Positions 17,581-26,211 of a DNA stretch of 64,000 nt are shown one piece after another. This stretch comes from an uncultured Sphingosinicella sp. (GTDB lineage Bacteria > Pseudomonadota > Alphaproteobacteria > Sphingomonadales > Sphingomonadaceae): contig CADCWD010000055.1 of assembly GCA_902806315.1 (NCBI GenBank), positions 62,840-126,839 on the forward strand, given 5' to 3'. The stretch's first letter is position 1; every line of letters starts with the position of its first letter. The notes beneath the pieces were generated by a model. It saw only the letters and a program-made list of their open reading frames with translations. It was not told the origin of the DNA and searched no databases. The position numbers and the translations under genes were made by a program.

Positions 17581-18882
17581 ATGGGCTATCAACGCGGCGA
17601 CAATCGCTGGGGCGGCGGCGACGAAGAACGATGGCAGGGCAACCGCCAGGAACGTGAAGGCGGCAGCTTCGGCAACTGGGGAAGCAACCGGGATCGCGGC
17701 GACTGGGACCGCGGCCGGGAGCAAGGCAATTACGGCGGCGGCGGAGGTGGCGGCGATTGGGACCGCAACCGCGAGCGCGGCGGAGGTGGTTCGCATGGCG
17801 GCGGTTTCTTCGAGCGTGCCGGCGAGCAGGTGCGCTCCTGGATGGGCGGCGACGAGGATCGCGGCGGCTCGGGACGCGGCGGCTATCGTGACGAGAATGT
17901 GCGCTGGCAGGGCTCGAGCGAGGGTCGTTTCCAGGGTGATCCGGTTCACTATCGCGGCGGCGGCTCCCGCGGCGAAAGCTCGGGCGGCTTCTTCGGCGGC
18001 GGCGGTCAAGGCCGGGATCAAGGCCAAGGCGGCGGCTGGGGCGGCGATCGCGACCGCAACCGCGACCAGGGCCGGATGAGCGGCCAGGGCGGTGGCGGCG
18101 GCTACGCCCAGGATTATCAGTCCGGCGGCGGCGGCGGCGGCGGTGCCGACACCTGGGGCGGCTCGGGCTTCGGCGGCCTCGACGACAATGGCCGGCGCTT
18201 CGATCGGATCGACGCGGGCAGCACCGGCACACAGGGTGCGCACCCGATGTCGGCACCTGTCAGCGGCGGCTATGGCAACTCGGCGGGTGCCGGGATCGGC
18301 CCCGGCGGCGGCTTGGGCGGCGGCAGTTCGGCGCGTTCGGCGGCGATTTTGCGTCAGGCCGAGCAGCAGCATTCGCAGCACCAGCAACAGAGCGGCGGGT
18401 TTGGCGGCGGTCAGAGCCATCATGACCCTCATTATTCGGAATGGCGCCAGCGGCAGATCCACGAGCTCGACCGCGACTATGACGATTATCGCCGCGAGCA
18501 TCAGTCGAAGTTCGAGCAGGAGTTCGGCGGTTGGCGGCAGAAGCGCCAGACCCAGCGTCAGCATATGGGCCGCGTCACCGAGCATATGGAAGTGATCGGG
18601 TCCGACGGCCAGCATATCGGCACGATCGACGCCGTGAAGGGCGACCGCATCATCCTGACCAAGAATGACGAGGCCGCAGGCGGCCGGCACCATTCGATCC
18701 CGTGCAGCTGGATCGAGAATGTCGACGACAAGGTGACGGTCAACAAGAGTGCCGAGGAAGCACGGCGCGCCTGGAAGGACGAAGAAAATAATCGCGCATT
18801 GTTCGAGCGTGAGGACCAGGGCAGCACGGGTCCGCATGTGCTGAACCGAAGCTTCTCGGGCACTTACGACGACAATAAATAA
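17581..18882 (+). CDS. Gly/Arg/Asp-rich SWFGD-like / DUF2171 (PRC-barrel-like) stress protein
   Basis: In frame within ORF 17419..18882. ATG 17581 is preceded by aaaggagga. Repeats of the GGGDWDRNRERGGG type, RSWMGGDED (an SWFGD-like motif), and the C-terminus MEVIGSDGQHIGTIDAVKGDRIILTK (DUF2171-like). Confidence 0.8.
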   Translation: MGYQRGDNRWGGGDEERWQGNRQEREGGSFGNWGSNRDRGDWDRGREQGNYGGGGGGGDWDRNRERGGGGSHGGGFFERAGEQVRSWMGGDEDRGGSGRGGYRDENVRWQGSSEGRFQGDPVHYRGGGSRGESSGGFFGGGGQGRDQGQGGGWGGDRDRNRDQGRMSGQGGGGGYAQDYQSGGGGGGGADTWGGSGFGGLDDNGRRFDRIDAGSTGTQGAHPMSAPVSGGYGNSAGAGIGPGGGLGGGSSARSAAILRQAEQQHSQHQQQSGGFGGGQSHHDPHYSEWRQRQIHELDRDYDDYRREHQSKFEQEFGGWRQKRQTQRQHMGRVTEHMEVIGSDGQHIGTIDAVKGDRIILTKNDEAAGGRHHSIPCSWIENVDDKVTVNKSAEEARRAWKDEENNRALFEREDQGSTGPHVLNRSFSGTYDDNK

Positions 18883-18905
18883 GGCTTCGCGACCAAGCGA
18901 GGGGA

Positions 18906-18941
18906 GGGCCCGGCGGGGGCGATCCGCCGGGCCCTTTTTTT
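18906..18941 (+). terminator. rho-independent terminator
   Basis: Perfect 11-bp stem gggcccggcgg/ccgccgggccc, a 7-nt loop, then seven T residues, 24 nt after the stop codon. Confidence 0.9.
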
Positions 18942-18993
18942 GTGGCCGGCTCGTCGCTAGGTGGCGGAACGAAACCAAACAGGGGAGACGAAG

Positions 18994-19986
18994 ATGAGCG
19001 GCACCCGCGCCTGGCACCTGGCATCGCGGCCCACAGGCCTCCCGGACATGAGCAATTTCGAGCTGAAGGGCATGGAATTGCCGCCGCTCGAGGACGGCAT
19101 GGTGCGGGTGGAGAATAAGTGGCTTTCCGTCGATCCCTATATGCGCGGCCGCATGAACGACGTGAAAAGCTACGTGCCGCCATTTCAGGTCGGCGCTCCA
19201 TTGCAGGGCGGGGCGGTCGGCAAGGTGATCGAGTCGCGCGCACCCGGCCTGGAGGTTGGGGACACGGTCTTTCACATGCATGGCTGGCGCGAACAGGCGA
19301 TCGGGCCAGCGGCGCAGTTCAACAAGGTGCCGGCGATGGGCGTTGCCGACGAGCAGTGGCTGGGCAATCTCGGCCTGACCGGCGCCACAGCCTATTTCGG
19401 CCTGCTGCGCGTCGCGGCCGCCCGGCCGGGTGAAACGGTCTTCGTCTCGGCCGCGGCGGGCGCGGTCGGATCGGCCGTTGTCCAGATCGCCAAAGCTAAG
19501 GGCATGACTGTGATCGGCTCGGCGGGAGGCGAGGAGAAATGCGCCTGGCTTCGCGAACTCGGCGCCGACGCGGCAATCGACTATCGCTCGGGCGCAGTCG
19601 TCAAGTCGCTGATGCGCGGGGCGCCTGACGGCATCGACGTTTATTTCGACAATGTTGGGGGTGACCATCTCGACGCCGCCTTCGCTGCGGCGCGCAACAA
19701 TGCCCGCTTCGCGATTTGCGGAATGATCGAAGGCTATAATGGCGGGGAGCCGCCCGCCTTCCGCTACATCATGCGGGTGATCTCGGCGCGGATCGCCGTG
19801 AAGGGGTTTATCTACAGCGACTATCTCGCCGAGATGGGCGACTTCTACCGAGACATGGGCGGGTGGATCGCCGGTGGGCAAGTGAAGTCGCGCGAGACGG
19901 TGCGGGACGGCATCGAAGCCACGCCGCAGGCGTTCCTCGACCTGTTCTCGGGAGGCAATATGGGCAAGATGCTGGTGAAGCTATGA
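18994..19986 (+). CDS. NADP-dependent oxidoreductase (MDR family, YncB/alkenal reductase-like)
   Basis: In frame within ORF 18961..19986. ATG 18994 is preceded by ggggagacgaag. Rossmann motif AAAGAVGSAVVQIAKAKG. Confidence 0.85.
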   Translation: MSGTRAWHLASRPTGLPDMSNFELKGMELPPLEDGMVRVENKWLSVDPYMRGRMNDVKSYVPPFQVGAPLQGGAVGKVIESRAPGLEVGDTVFHMHGWREQAIGPAAQFNKVPAMGVADEQWLGNLGLTGATAYFGLLRVAAARPGETVFVSAAAGAVGSAVVQIAKAKGMTVIGSAGGEEKCAWLRELGADAAIDYRSGAVVKSLMRGAPDGIDVYFDNVGGDHLDAAFAAARNNARFAICGMIEGYNGGEPPAFRYIMRVISARIAVKGFIYSDYLAEMGDFYRDMGGWIAGGQVKSRETVRDGIEATPQAFLDLFSGGNMGKMLVKL

Positions 19987-20795
19987 CGCTGAACGTGACG
20001 CTGAATGACGGGCGCGAGATGCCGCTGCTGGGCTTCGGCACCTGGCAGATCCCGGACGAGGAGGCGAGCGGGCTGGTGGAGACGGCGATCGGCGCCGGCT
20101 ATCGCCTGATCGATACCGCCTCGATCTACCGCAACGAGAATGGCGTGGGCGCGGGAATTCGCGCGGCGGGCGAGGGCGTCTGGCTGACGACGAAGCTCTG
20201 GAACGACGACCAGGGCACGGACCGGGTGCGGGCCGCGGCCGAGAGGAGCCTCAAGAGGCTGGGTGTCGAGGCGGTTGATCTTTACCTCATCCACTGGCCA
20301 GTCTCGGCGCGCGATCTTTATGTCGAAACCTGGCAGGCGCTGATCGCGCTCGGCGATGCGGGGCTCGCCCGTTCGATCGGCGTGTCGAATTTCAACGAGG
20401 AGCATCTCGACCGGCTGGAGGCGGAGACGGGGGTGATCCCGGCGGTGAACCAGATCGAGCTGCATCCGGCGTTCCAGCAGCGCGCGCTGTGCGATTACCA
20501 TGCGCGCAAGGGGATACTTACCCAGAGCTGGAGCCCGCTCGGGCAAGGCTCGCTGCTCGGTGACGAACGGCTCGGTCGGATTGCGGCCAAGCACGGCCGG
20601 ACACCGGCGCAGATCGTCATCGCCTGGCACCTCGACCAGGGCTTCAGCGTCATTCCCAAATCCGGCAATCCTGAGCGGATCCGCGCCAATTACGAGGCTC
20701 TCCAGGTTCGACTGGACGATGAGGACATGGCCGAGATCGAGGCGATGGACGACCCGAAGGGACGGATCGGGCCGGATCCGCAGGTCCTTAGCTGA
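19983..20795 (+). CDS. aldo/keto reductase
   Basis: ATG 19983 overlaps the upstream TGA (ATGA). MPLLGFGTWQ, IDTASIYRNE and LYLIHWP are AKR signatures. Confidence 0.9.
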   Translation: MTLNVTLNDGREMPLLGFGTWQIPDEEASGLVETAIGAGYRLIDTASIYRNENGVGAGIRAAGEGVWLTTKLWNDDQGTDRVRAAAERSLKRLGVEAVDLYLIHWPVSARDLYVETWQALIALGDAGLARSIGVSNFNEEHLDRLEAETGVIPAVNQIELHPAFQQRALCDYHARKGILTQSWSPLGQGSLLGDERLGRIAAKHGRTPAQIVIAWHLDQGFSVIPKSGNPERIRANYEALQVRLDDEDMAEIEAMDDPKGRIGPDPQVLS

Positions 20796-20828
20796 AGCGC
20801 GTCACGCCTGCGCTTCGGCGCGGTCGTC

Positions 20829-21500
20829 TCAGAAGAAGTCGACCTTGTCGTAATGGGCGGGAGGCACGACCACTTCCATCCGCTCGCCGAGGAACGGCCG
20901 GAAGCTCGGGCGCGACTTCATGACGGAATACCAGTCGGTAGTCTGCTTATGCCCGCGCCAGTCGAGGCCGCCGAGATAGTCGGCGACCGAGAGGTGCGCG
21001 GCGGCCGTCAGGTCGGCGAGGCTCAGCACCGGACCGGCCAGCCAGCGGCGATGGTCGAGCAGATAATCGATATAATCGAGGTGGCTGTTGGCGATCTTCA
21101 TCGCCTCACGCAGCACGCGCGTGTCCGGCGGGTCGCGGTTGACGATGCGCTTCCTCATCCGCTCCTCGAGCAGCGGCCCGACGACATCGCCGTAGAGCTT
21201 GTCGTCGAAGAAGGCGACCAGACGGCGCACCTCGGCGCGGTCGCGGGCGGTGCCCGGGATCATCGGCGCCTTTTCGACCGTCTCTTCGAAATATTCGCAG
21301 ATCGCGTTGGAATCGATCAGCGTCGTGCCCTTCTCCTCGACCAGGACGGGCGTCTGCCCGGCCGGGTTCAGGTCAAGGAACTCGTCCCGACGCAGCCACG
21401 GCGATTCGCGCACGAGCTCATGCGGAACGCCCTTCTCGCCCAGCATAAGCCGGACTTTGCGGGAGAACGAACAGAGAGGGAATTGATAGAGCTGCCACAT
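20829..21500 (-). CDS. glutathione S-transferase
   Basis: ORF 20829..21500. N-terminal thioredoxin-like GST fold LYQFPLCSFSRKVRLMLGEKG...NPAGQTPVL. Confidence 0.85.
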   Translation of the reverse strand: MWQLYQFPLCSFSRKVRLMLGEKGVPHELVRESPWLRRDEFLDLNPAGQTPVLVEEKGTTLIDSNAICEYFEETVEKAPMIPGTARDRAEVRRLVAFFDDKLYGDVVGPLLEERMRKRIVNRDPPDTRVLREAMKIANSHLDYIDYLLDHRRWLAGPVLSLADLTAAAHLSVADYLGGLDWRGHKQTTDWYSVMKSRPSFRPFLGERMEVVVPPAHYDKVDFF

Positions 21501-21501
21501 G

Positions 21502-21530
21502 CGCGCCGCGACTCATAGCGTCGCGGCGCG
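21502..21530 (-). terminator. GC-rich hairpin between two minus-strand genes (possible terminator, no U-tract)
   Basis: Perfect 11-bp inverted repeat cgcgccgcgac/gtcgcggcgcg with a 7-nt loop. Confidence 0.35.
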
Positions 21531-21560
21531 TGGCGTCCACAGGCAGTTTGCTAATCGCCT

Positions 21561-22028
21561 TTAACGGCGGCGATATTCGTAATCGTCGTAATAGTCGCGG
21601 CGACTGTTGCTGCTGCTGTTGATCGCGCGGTCGAGGTTGCGCTCCAGGTCCGCAAGCGAGCGGCGAAGGGCAGGGGCGACCACCGCCACCTGGGACATGA
21701 TGCCGCTGAGGCCGATCGCGGCGCCATCGACGGAATCGCGAATGCGCTCGCGCAGATACGGATCGCCCGAAACCTCGCCGATCGTGCTGTCCCGGTGGAC
21801 GCGGCGGGTGGGATCGATCGCCTCGACGACGCCGCCGATCGGCACGTCGAGCACGGCCTCGGCGGCACGGCCGGCGACATTGGCCATGTCCTCGACCTGG
21901 CCGGGATGCGGCAGGCTGCGGGCAATTTCATCGTCCATCTCTTCAGGGAAATGGGGCGACGATTGGGCGGACGCTGCGGTCGGAACGGCAAAGGCGATCG
22001 CGGCGGCGGCGAGAATGAGCTTACGCAA
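21561..22028 (-). CDS. hypothetical secreted protein
   Basis: ORF 21561..22028. Signal peptide MRKLILAAAAIAFAVPTAASAQ. The charged C-terminus is RRDYYDDYEYRRR. I recognise no family. Confidence 0.6.
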   Translation of the reverse strand: MRKLILAAAAIAFAVPTAASAQSSPHFPEEMDDEIARSLPHPGQVEDMANVAGRAAEAVLDVPIGGVVEAIDPTRRVHRDSTIGEVSGDPYLRERIRDSVDGAAIGLSGIMSQVAVVAPALRRSLADLERNLDRAINSSSNSRRDYYDDYEYRRR

Positions 22029-22247
22029 AATGGGCCTCCTTGAGCACGGTCTTTAGAACGGTGGGCGGCGCGCGAAACAACGCGCCTCGGAGCGACTCGT
22101 TGCCAAGCTTATGCCACTCGCCGCATGAGTCCTTCCTGAACGAAAATCAGCAGCTTGTAGGCGCTTCCTTCCGGTCGGTCCGAGGCACTTCCCTTATGTC
22201 GCTAGCGATGGCGTTTGCGCAATCCCGGCGCTGTTCCATAGAGGGGC

Positions 22248-23387
22248 ATGCCGGTCCGCATCCTCCATGCTCATTCCACCTTCTCGCTGGGAGGCAAGGA
22301 GGCGCGGGCCGTGCGTCTGATGAACGCCTTCGGGGACGCGGCCGAGCACACGGTCCTCAGCGGCATGCCCGGCCAGCTATCCGCCCGTTCGGCCATCGCC
22401 CCGGGAATAAGGGTTCACTTCCCCGGGGATGCGCCGCCGCTTACCGGCCGGCCAGGGCTCGGGCGTCTGTTCCGGCTCGCCCGCTACATGCGCGGCTTCG
22501 ACCTTGTTCTCACCTATAATTGGGGCGCGTTCGATGCGGTGATGGCCCGCTATCTGTTTCGCGGGCCACCGCTGATCCATCACGAGGACGGCTTCAACGA
22601 GGACGAAGCGGAGGGCTTGAAGACCAGCCGCAACCTCTACCGCCGGCTCGGGCTCTCGGCGGCGCACAAGCTGGTCGTGCCGTCGCAGCGGCTTGAGAAG
22701 ATCGCCCGATCCGCCTGGGGGCAGCCCGCCGAGCGCGTGGAGAGGATTTCGAACGGAATCCCGGTGGGACGGTACGCTGCCGGACCGGAGAAGGGCGCAA
22801 TTCCGGGTCTGGAGAAGCGCGAAGGCGAGGTGCTGATCGGCACCGTGGCGGGCCTTCGCGCGGTCAAGAACCTGCCTCGCCTCGTGCGCGCCTTCGCGGG
22901 GATGCGTTTCAAGAATAGCCGGCTGGTGATCGTCGGCGAAGGGCCTGAGAGCGAAAGGATCGTGGCCGAAGCGCGGGCGCATGGAGTCGCCGATCGCCTC
23001 CTGCTGCCCGGCTTCCTGCCTGATCCCGCGCGCTATATCGCTCGCTTCGATGTCTTCGCGCTTTCGTCCGACAGCGAGCAATTCCCGATCTCGCTCATCG
23101 AGGCGATGGCGGCGGGCCTGCCCGTCGCGGCGACGAATGTCGGGGACATTGCCGCGATGGTTTCCCCCGACAATCTCCCGCTGGTCGTCGAAACGCGGGA
23201 CGAGGCGGCCTTCTCCCTTGCGCTCGACAGCCTCGCCGAGCGCTCCGACCTCAGGCTTGCCATCGGCCGTGCAAACCGCACCCGCGCCGGGGCCGAATAT
23301 GACGAGCGGGGCATGATCGGACGCTATGCCCGCCTCTACGGTGAAGCCATCGGCCAGCCTCGTGCGTTCATTCCTTCGTCGGCATGA
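22248..23387 (+). CDS. group 1 (GT4-like) glycosyltransferase
   Basis: ORF 22248..23387. N-terminus RILHAHSTFSLGGKE and the C-terminal E-x7-E-like region FPISLIEAMAAGLPV. Confidence 0.85.
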   Translation: MPVRILHAHSTFSLGGKEARAVRLMNAFGDAAEHTVLSGMPGQLSARSAIAPGIRVHFPGDAPPLTGRPGLGRLFRLARYMRGFDLVLTYNWGAFDAVMARYLFRGPPLIHHEDGFNEDEAEGLKTSRNLYRRLGLSAAHKLVVPSQRLEKIARSAWGQPAERVERISNGIPVGRYAAGPEKGAIPGLEKREGEVLIGTVAGLRAVKNLPRLVRAFAGMRFKNSRLVIVGEGPESERIVAEARAHGVADRLLLPGFLPDPARYIARFDVFALSSDSEQFPISLIEAMAAGLPVAATNVGDIAAMVSPDNLPLVVETRDEAAFSLALDSLAERSDLRLAIGRANRTRAGAEYDERGMIGRYARLYGEAIGQPRAFIPSSA

Positions 23388-23445
23388 CTTTTGACGGCTC
23401 CGCGCTGTTGCGCGTATAGCCGCCCCGAAATTTCTGGAGGTCCGA

Positions 23446-24852
23446 TTGTTCAAGGGAATTAAGCCGATCCGCTATGCGGGCCGCGAAGTGCTTCCGCTGG
23501 TGGAAGGCGGCAAAGGGGTTTCGGCGACCAATCATATGAGCTCCGGCGCCTGGGCGGCGGCTGGCGGCATCGGCACGGTCTCGGCCGTGAATGCCGACAG
23601 CTACGATCCCGAAGGCAAGATCGTCCCGCAAATCTATCACGCCCTCACGCGCCGCGACCGGCACGAGGAACTGATCAACTATGCGATCGAGGGCGCATCC
23701 GAGCAGGTGCGCCGAGCCTATGAAATGTCGGACGGCAAGGGCGCCATCAACATCAACGTGCTCTGGGAAATGGGCGGTGCCCAGCGGATCCTTCACGGTG
23801 TCCTGGAACGCACTCGCGGCATGGTTTCCGGCGTCACATGCGGCGCCGGCATGCCTTACAAGCTGTCCGAGATCGCCGCCTCCTACGGCGTCAACTACCT
23901 CCCCATCATCAGCTCGGCGCGTGCCTTCAGCGCGCTCTGGAAGCGGGCCTATTCAAAGGCGGCGGAGTGGCTTGGCGCGGTCGTCTACGAGGATCCCTGG
24001 CTGGCGGGCGGCCATAACGGCTTGTCGAACGCCGAGGACCCGCTGGTGCCTCAGGATCCGTACCCGCGCGTCAAGGCGCTGCGCGACACGATGCGCGCGG
24101 GCGGCATCTCGGACGATGTGCCGATCGTCATGGCCGGCGGCGTCTGGAACCTGAAGGAGTGGGAAGACTGGATCGACAATCCCGAGCTCGGGCAGATCGT
24201 CTTCCAGTTTGGCACGCGCCCGCTCCTGACCCAGGAAAGCCCGATCCCGGACGAGTGGAAGCAGCGGCTGATGATGCTGGAGGAAGGCGACATCCTCCTT
24301 CACCGCTTCTCGCCGACCGGCTTCTATTCCTCGGCCGTGCGCAACCCCTTCCTCCGCAGCCTGGAGGCGCGCTCGCACCGCCAGATCGCCTTCACGAAAG
24401 AGGAGCTGGGCGATCACGCCTTCCAGCTGGACGTGGGCGTGGGGAACAGGAAGAACTACTGGGTGACGCGCGGCGATCTTCTCCACGCCCGCGAATGGTA
24501 TGCGCAAGGCTATACCGAGGCGCTGAAGACCCCCGACGAGACTTTGGTCTTCACCACGCCCGAGGAGAAGACGGTCATCCGCAAGGACCAGGCGGACTGC
24601 ATGGGCTGCCTCAGCCAATGCGCGTTCAGCTCATGGGCGGACAATGAGAAGAATAGCACCGGGCGCCTCGCCGACCCGCGCAGCTTCTGCATCCAGAAGA
24701 CGCTGCAGGACATCGCCCATGGCGGGCCGGTCGACGAGAACCTCATGTTCGCGGGCCACTCGGCGTTCCGCTTCAAGAAGGATCCCTTCTACTCCAACGG
24801 CTTCGTGCCGACCGTGAAGCAGCTGGTGGAGCGGATTGAGACCGGCGACTGA
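23446..24852 (+). CDS. nitronate monooxygenase-family flavin oxidoreductase
   Basis: ORF 23446..24852 with a TTG start preceded by ggagg. The N-terminus LPLVEGGKGVSATN and the GAGMP / MAGGVWN motifs resemble the long NMO/2-nitropropane dioxygenase family. Confidence 0.7.
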   Translation: MFKGIKPIRYAGREVLPLVEGGKGVSATNHMSSGAWAAAGGIGTVSAVNADSYDPEGKIVPQIYHALTRRDRHEELINYAIEGASEQVRRAYEMSDGKGAININVLWEMGGAQRILHGVLERTRGMVSGVTCGAGMPYKLSEIAASYGVNYLPIISSARAFSALWKRAYSKAAEWLGAVVYEDPWLAGGHNGLSNAEDPLVPQDPYPRVKALRDTMRAGGISDDVPIVMAGGVWNLKEWEDWIDNPELGQIVFQFGTRPLLTQESPIPDEWKQRLMMLEEGDILLHRFSPTGFYSSAVRNPFLRSLEARSHRQIAFTKEELGDHAFQLDVGVGNRKNYWVTRGDLLHAREWYAQGYTEALKTPDETLVFTTPEEKTVIRKDQADCMGCLSQCAFSSWADNEKNSTGRLADPRSFCIQKTLQDIAHGGPVDENLMFAGHSAFRFKKDPFYSNGFVPTVKQLVERIETGD

Positions 24853-24946
24853 TCTGTCCCATTCTGGAGCGCATCAGCCATTCGGCTGTTGAAGGTGCCG
24901 TTCCCGCAAGCATAGAGCAGTGGGCGAACAACGAAAGAGTACCACT

Positions 24947-25432
24947 ATGCGCAAGGCGTTCGGGTTTGCCCTCGTCCTGATTGTCGGCGGCCTGTCGCTC
25001 CCCTCGGCGGAGGCCCAGGAGAAGAAAAAGACGCCGTACTGGGCGTCCATCTCAGCGGGCGAGGCGATGATGCGAACCGGCCCGGGGAAGAACTATCCCG
25101 CCACCTGGCTCTACAAGCGCGCCGACCTTCCGGTGAAGGTGCTCGAGGTTTATCCGAGCTGGCGCAAGGTGCAGGACCCGGACGGCACGACCGGCTGGAT
25201 GCTCGTCAACCTGCTCAGCGACACCCGCACCGCGATCGTGCGGGGCAACGCGCCCGCGCCGCTTCACGAGGCGGCGCGTGAGCAATCGAATATCCGATAT
25301 CGGGCCGAGCCGGGCGTGGTCGGACGATTGTCCGAGTGCAATGCCGACTGGTGCCGCTTCGACGTCGGCGAGCGTGGCGGCTTCATTCGGACCACCAGCA
25401 TCTGGGGCGTCAATCCAGGCGAAAGCTTCTGA
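24947..25432 (+). CDS. SH3-like domain protein (DUF1058 type), secreted
   Basis: In frame within ORF 24920..25432. ATG 24947 gives the signal peptide MRKAFGFALVLIVGGLSLPSAEA. MRTGPGKNYPATWLYKRADLPVKVLEVYPSWRKVQDPDGTTGWM is a bacterial SH3 pattern. Confidence 0.8.
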   Translation: MRKAFGFALVLIVGGLSLPSAEAQEKKKTPYWASISAGEAMMRTGPGKNYPATWLYKRADLPVKVLEVYPSWRKVQDPDGTTGWMLVNLLSDTRTAIVRGNAPAPLHEAAREQSNIRYRAEPGVVGRLSECNADWCRFDVGERGGFIRTTSIWGVNPGESF

Positions 25433-25470
25433 CCGCTTGAGATTTGCGTAATGGCTTGCCACGGCAGCGC

Positions 25471-26211
25471 ATGCTCGACGCGCCTTTGGCACCTCCACCT
25501 GACCGAACCGACGAACTGGCCCTCTTCCTCGATTTCGACGGCACGCTCGTCGAGCTTGCCGAGACGCCGAACTCGATTCGTGTCTCGCCTCATCTTTCGC
25601 CACTGCTGAGCCGGCTCGCGGAGAAGCTTGGCGGCCGGCTTGCGATCGTCAGCGGGCGATCGATCCGCGATCTGGAGCGCCATCTTTCCTGCGCCGGGCT
25701 GGCCGTATCCGGCTCGCACGGGCTTGAGCTGCGCCTTCGCGATGGCAGCTTCGTCCCGCTCGCCGCGCCACGTGGGCTCGATCATGCGCGCGACCGGAGC
25801 ATGCGCTTCGCAGGCTCGATCCCCGGCCTGATCGTCGAGGACAAGCCGTTCAGCATCGCCATCCACTATCGGCAGGCGCCGGAACGCGAGGGGGAGGTGC
25901 ATGAGTTCATGACCCGTCTCGCTGCGGCGACGGGACTGATGATCCAGCACGGCAAGATGGTGGCCGAGCTCCGCCCGCCCGGCGCGGACAAGGGAGATGC
26001 GCTGCGGGCGCTGATGACGGAACCCGAATTTGCCGGCGCGCGTCCTGTGTTCGTGGGCGACGATCAGACCGATGAAGATGCATTTTACGCGGCTGCAGAG
26101 CTTGGCGGAGGCGGCGTGCTCGTCGGCCCACCGCGGGACACGGCCGCCAAGTGGCGGCTGAGCGGCGTTTCGGACGTTTCCGCCTGGCTGCAGCGGATCG
26201 CGCAGCAATGA
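25471..26211 (+). CDS. otsB: trehalose-6-phosphate phosphatase
   Basis: ORF 25444..26211 (TTG 25444 or ATG 25471). HAD motifs LFLDFDGTL and VFVGDDQTDEDAF. Confidence 0.9.
   Translation: MLDAPLAPPPDRTDELALFLDFDGTLVELAETPNSIRVSPHLSPLLSRLAEKLGGRLAIVSGRSIRDLERHLSCAGLAVSGSHGLELRLRDGSFVPLAAPRGLDHARDRSMRFAGSIPGLIVEDKPFSIAIHYRQAPEREGEVHEFMTRLAAATGLMIQHGKMVAELRPPGADKGDALRALMTEPEFAGARPVFVGDDQTDEDAFYAAAELGGGGVLVGPPRDTAAKWRLSGVSDVSAWLQRIAQQ

Noticed and set aside
17600-18400. GGC/GGT-rich repetitive DNA that might be a tandem repeat, VNTR or CRISPR-like array.
   Set aside because: It is in frame and encodes the Gly/Arg/Asp-rich part of the SWFGD-like protein. The repeats are imperfect at DNA level and there is no spacer-repeat periodicity.
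17344-19881. 845-aa minus-strand ORF spanning the SWFGD gene, its terminator and the oxidoreductase gene. Also 47729-49519 (-) and 49532-52006 (-), which run through the tRNA-Tyr and tRNA-Gly genes.
   Set aside because: They cross tRNA genes, terminators and several well-supported genes, and they have low-complexity composition. They are artefacts of the six-frame scan.
22079-22103. GCAAC-N16-CGTT on the minus strand, about 50 nt upstream of the secreted hypothetical gene (start 22028), as another EcfG promoter.
   Set aside because: The mismatch falls in the strongly conserved GGAAC -35 element. With this relaxation, chance matches are expected in 64 kb.
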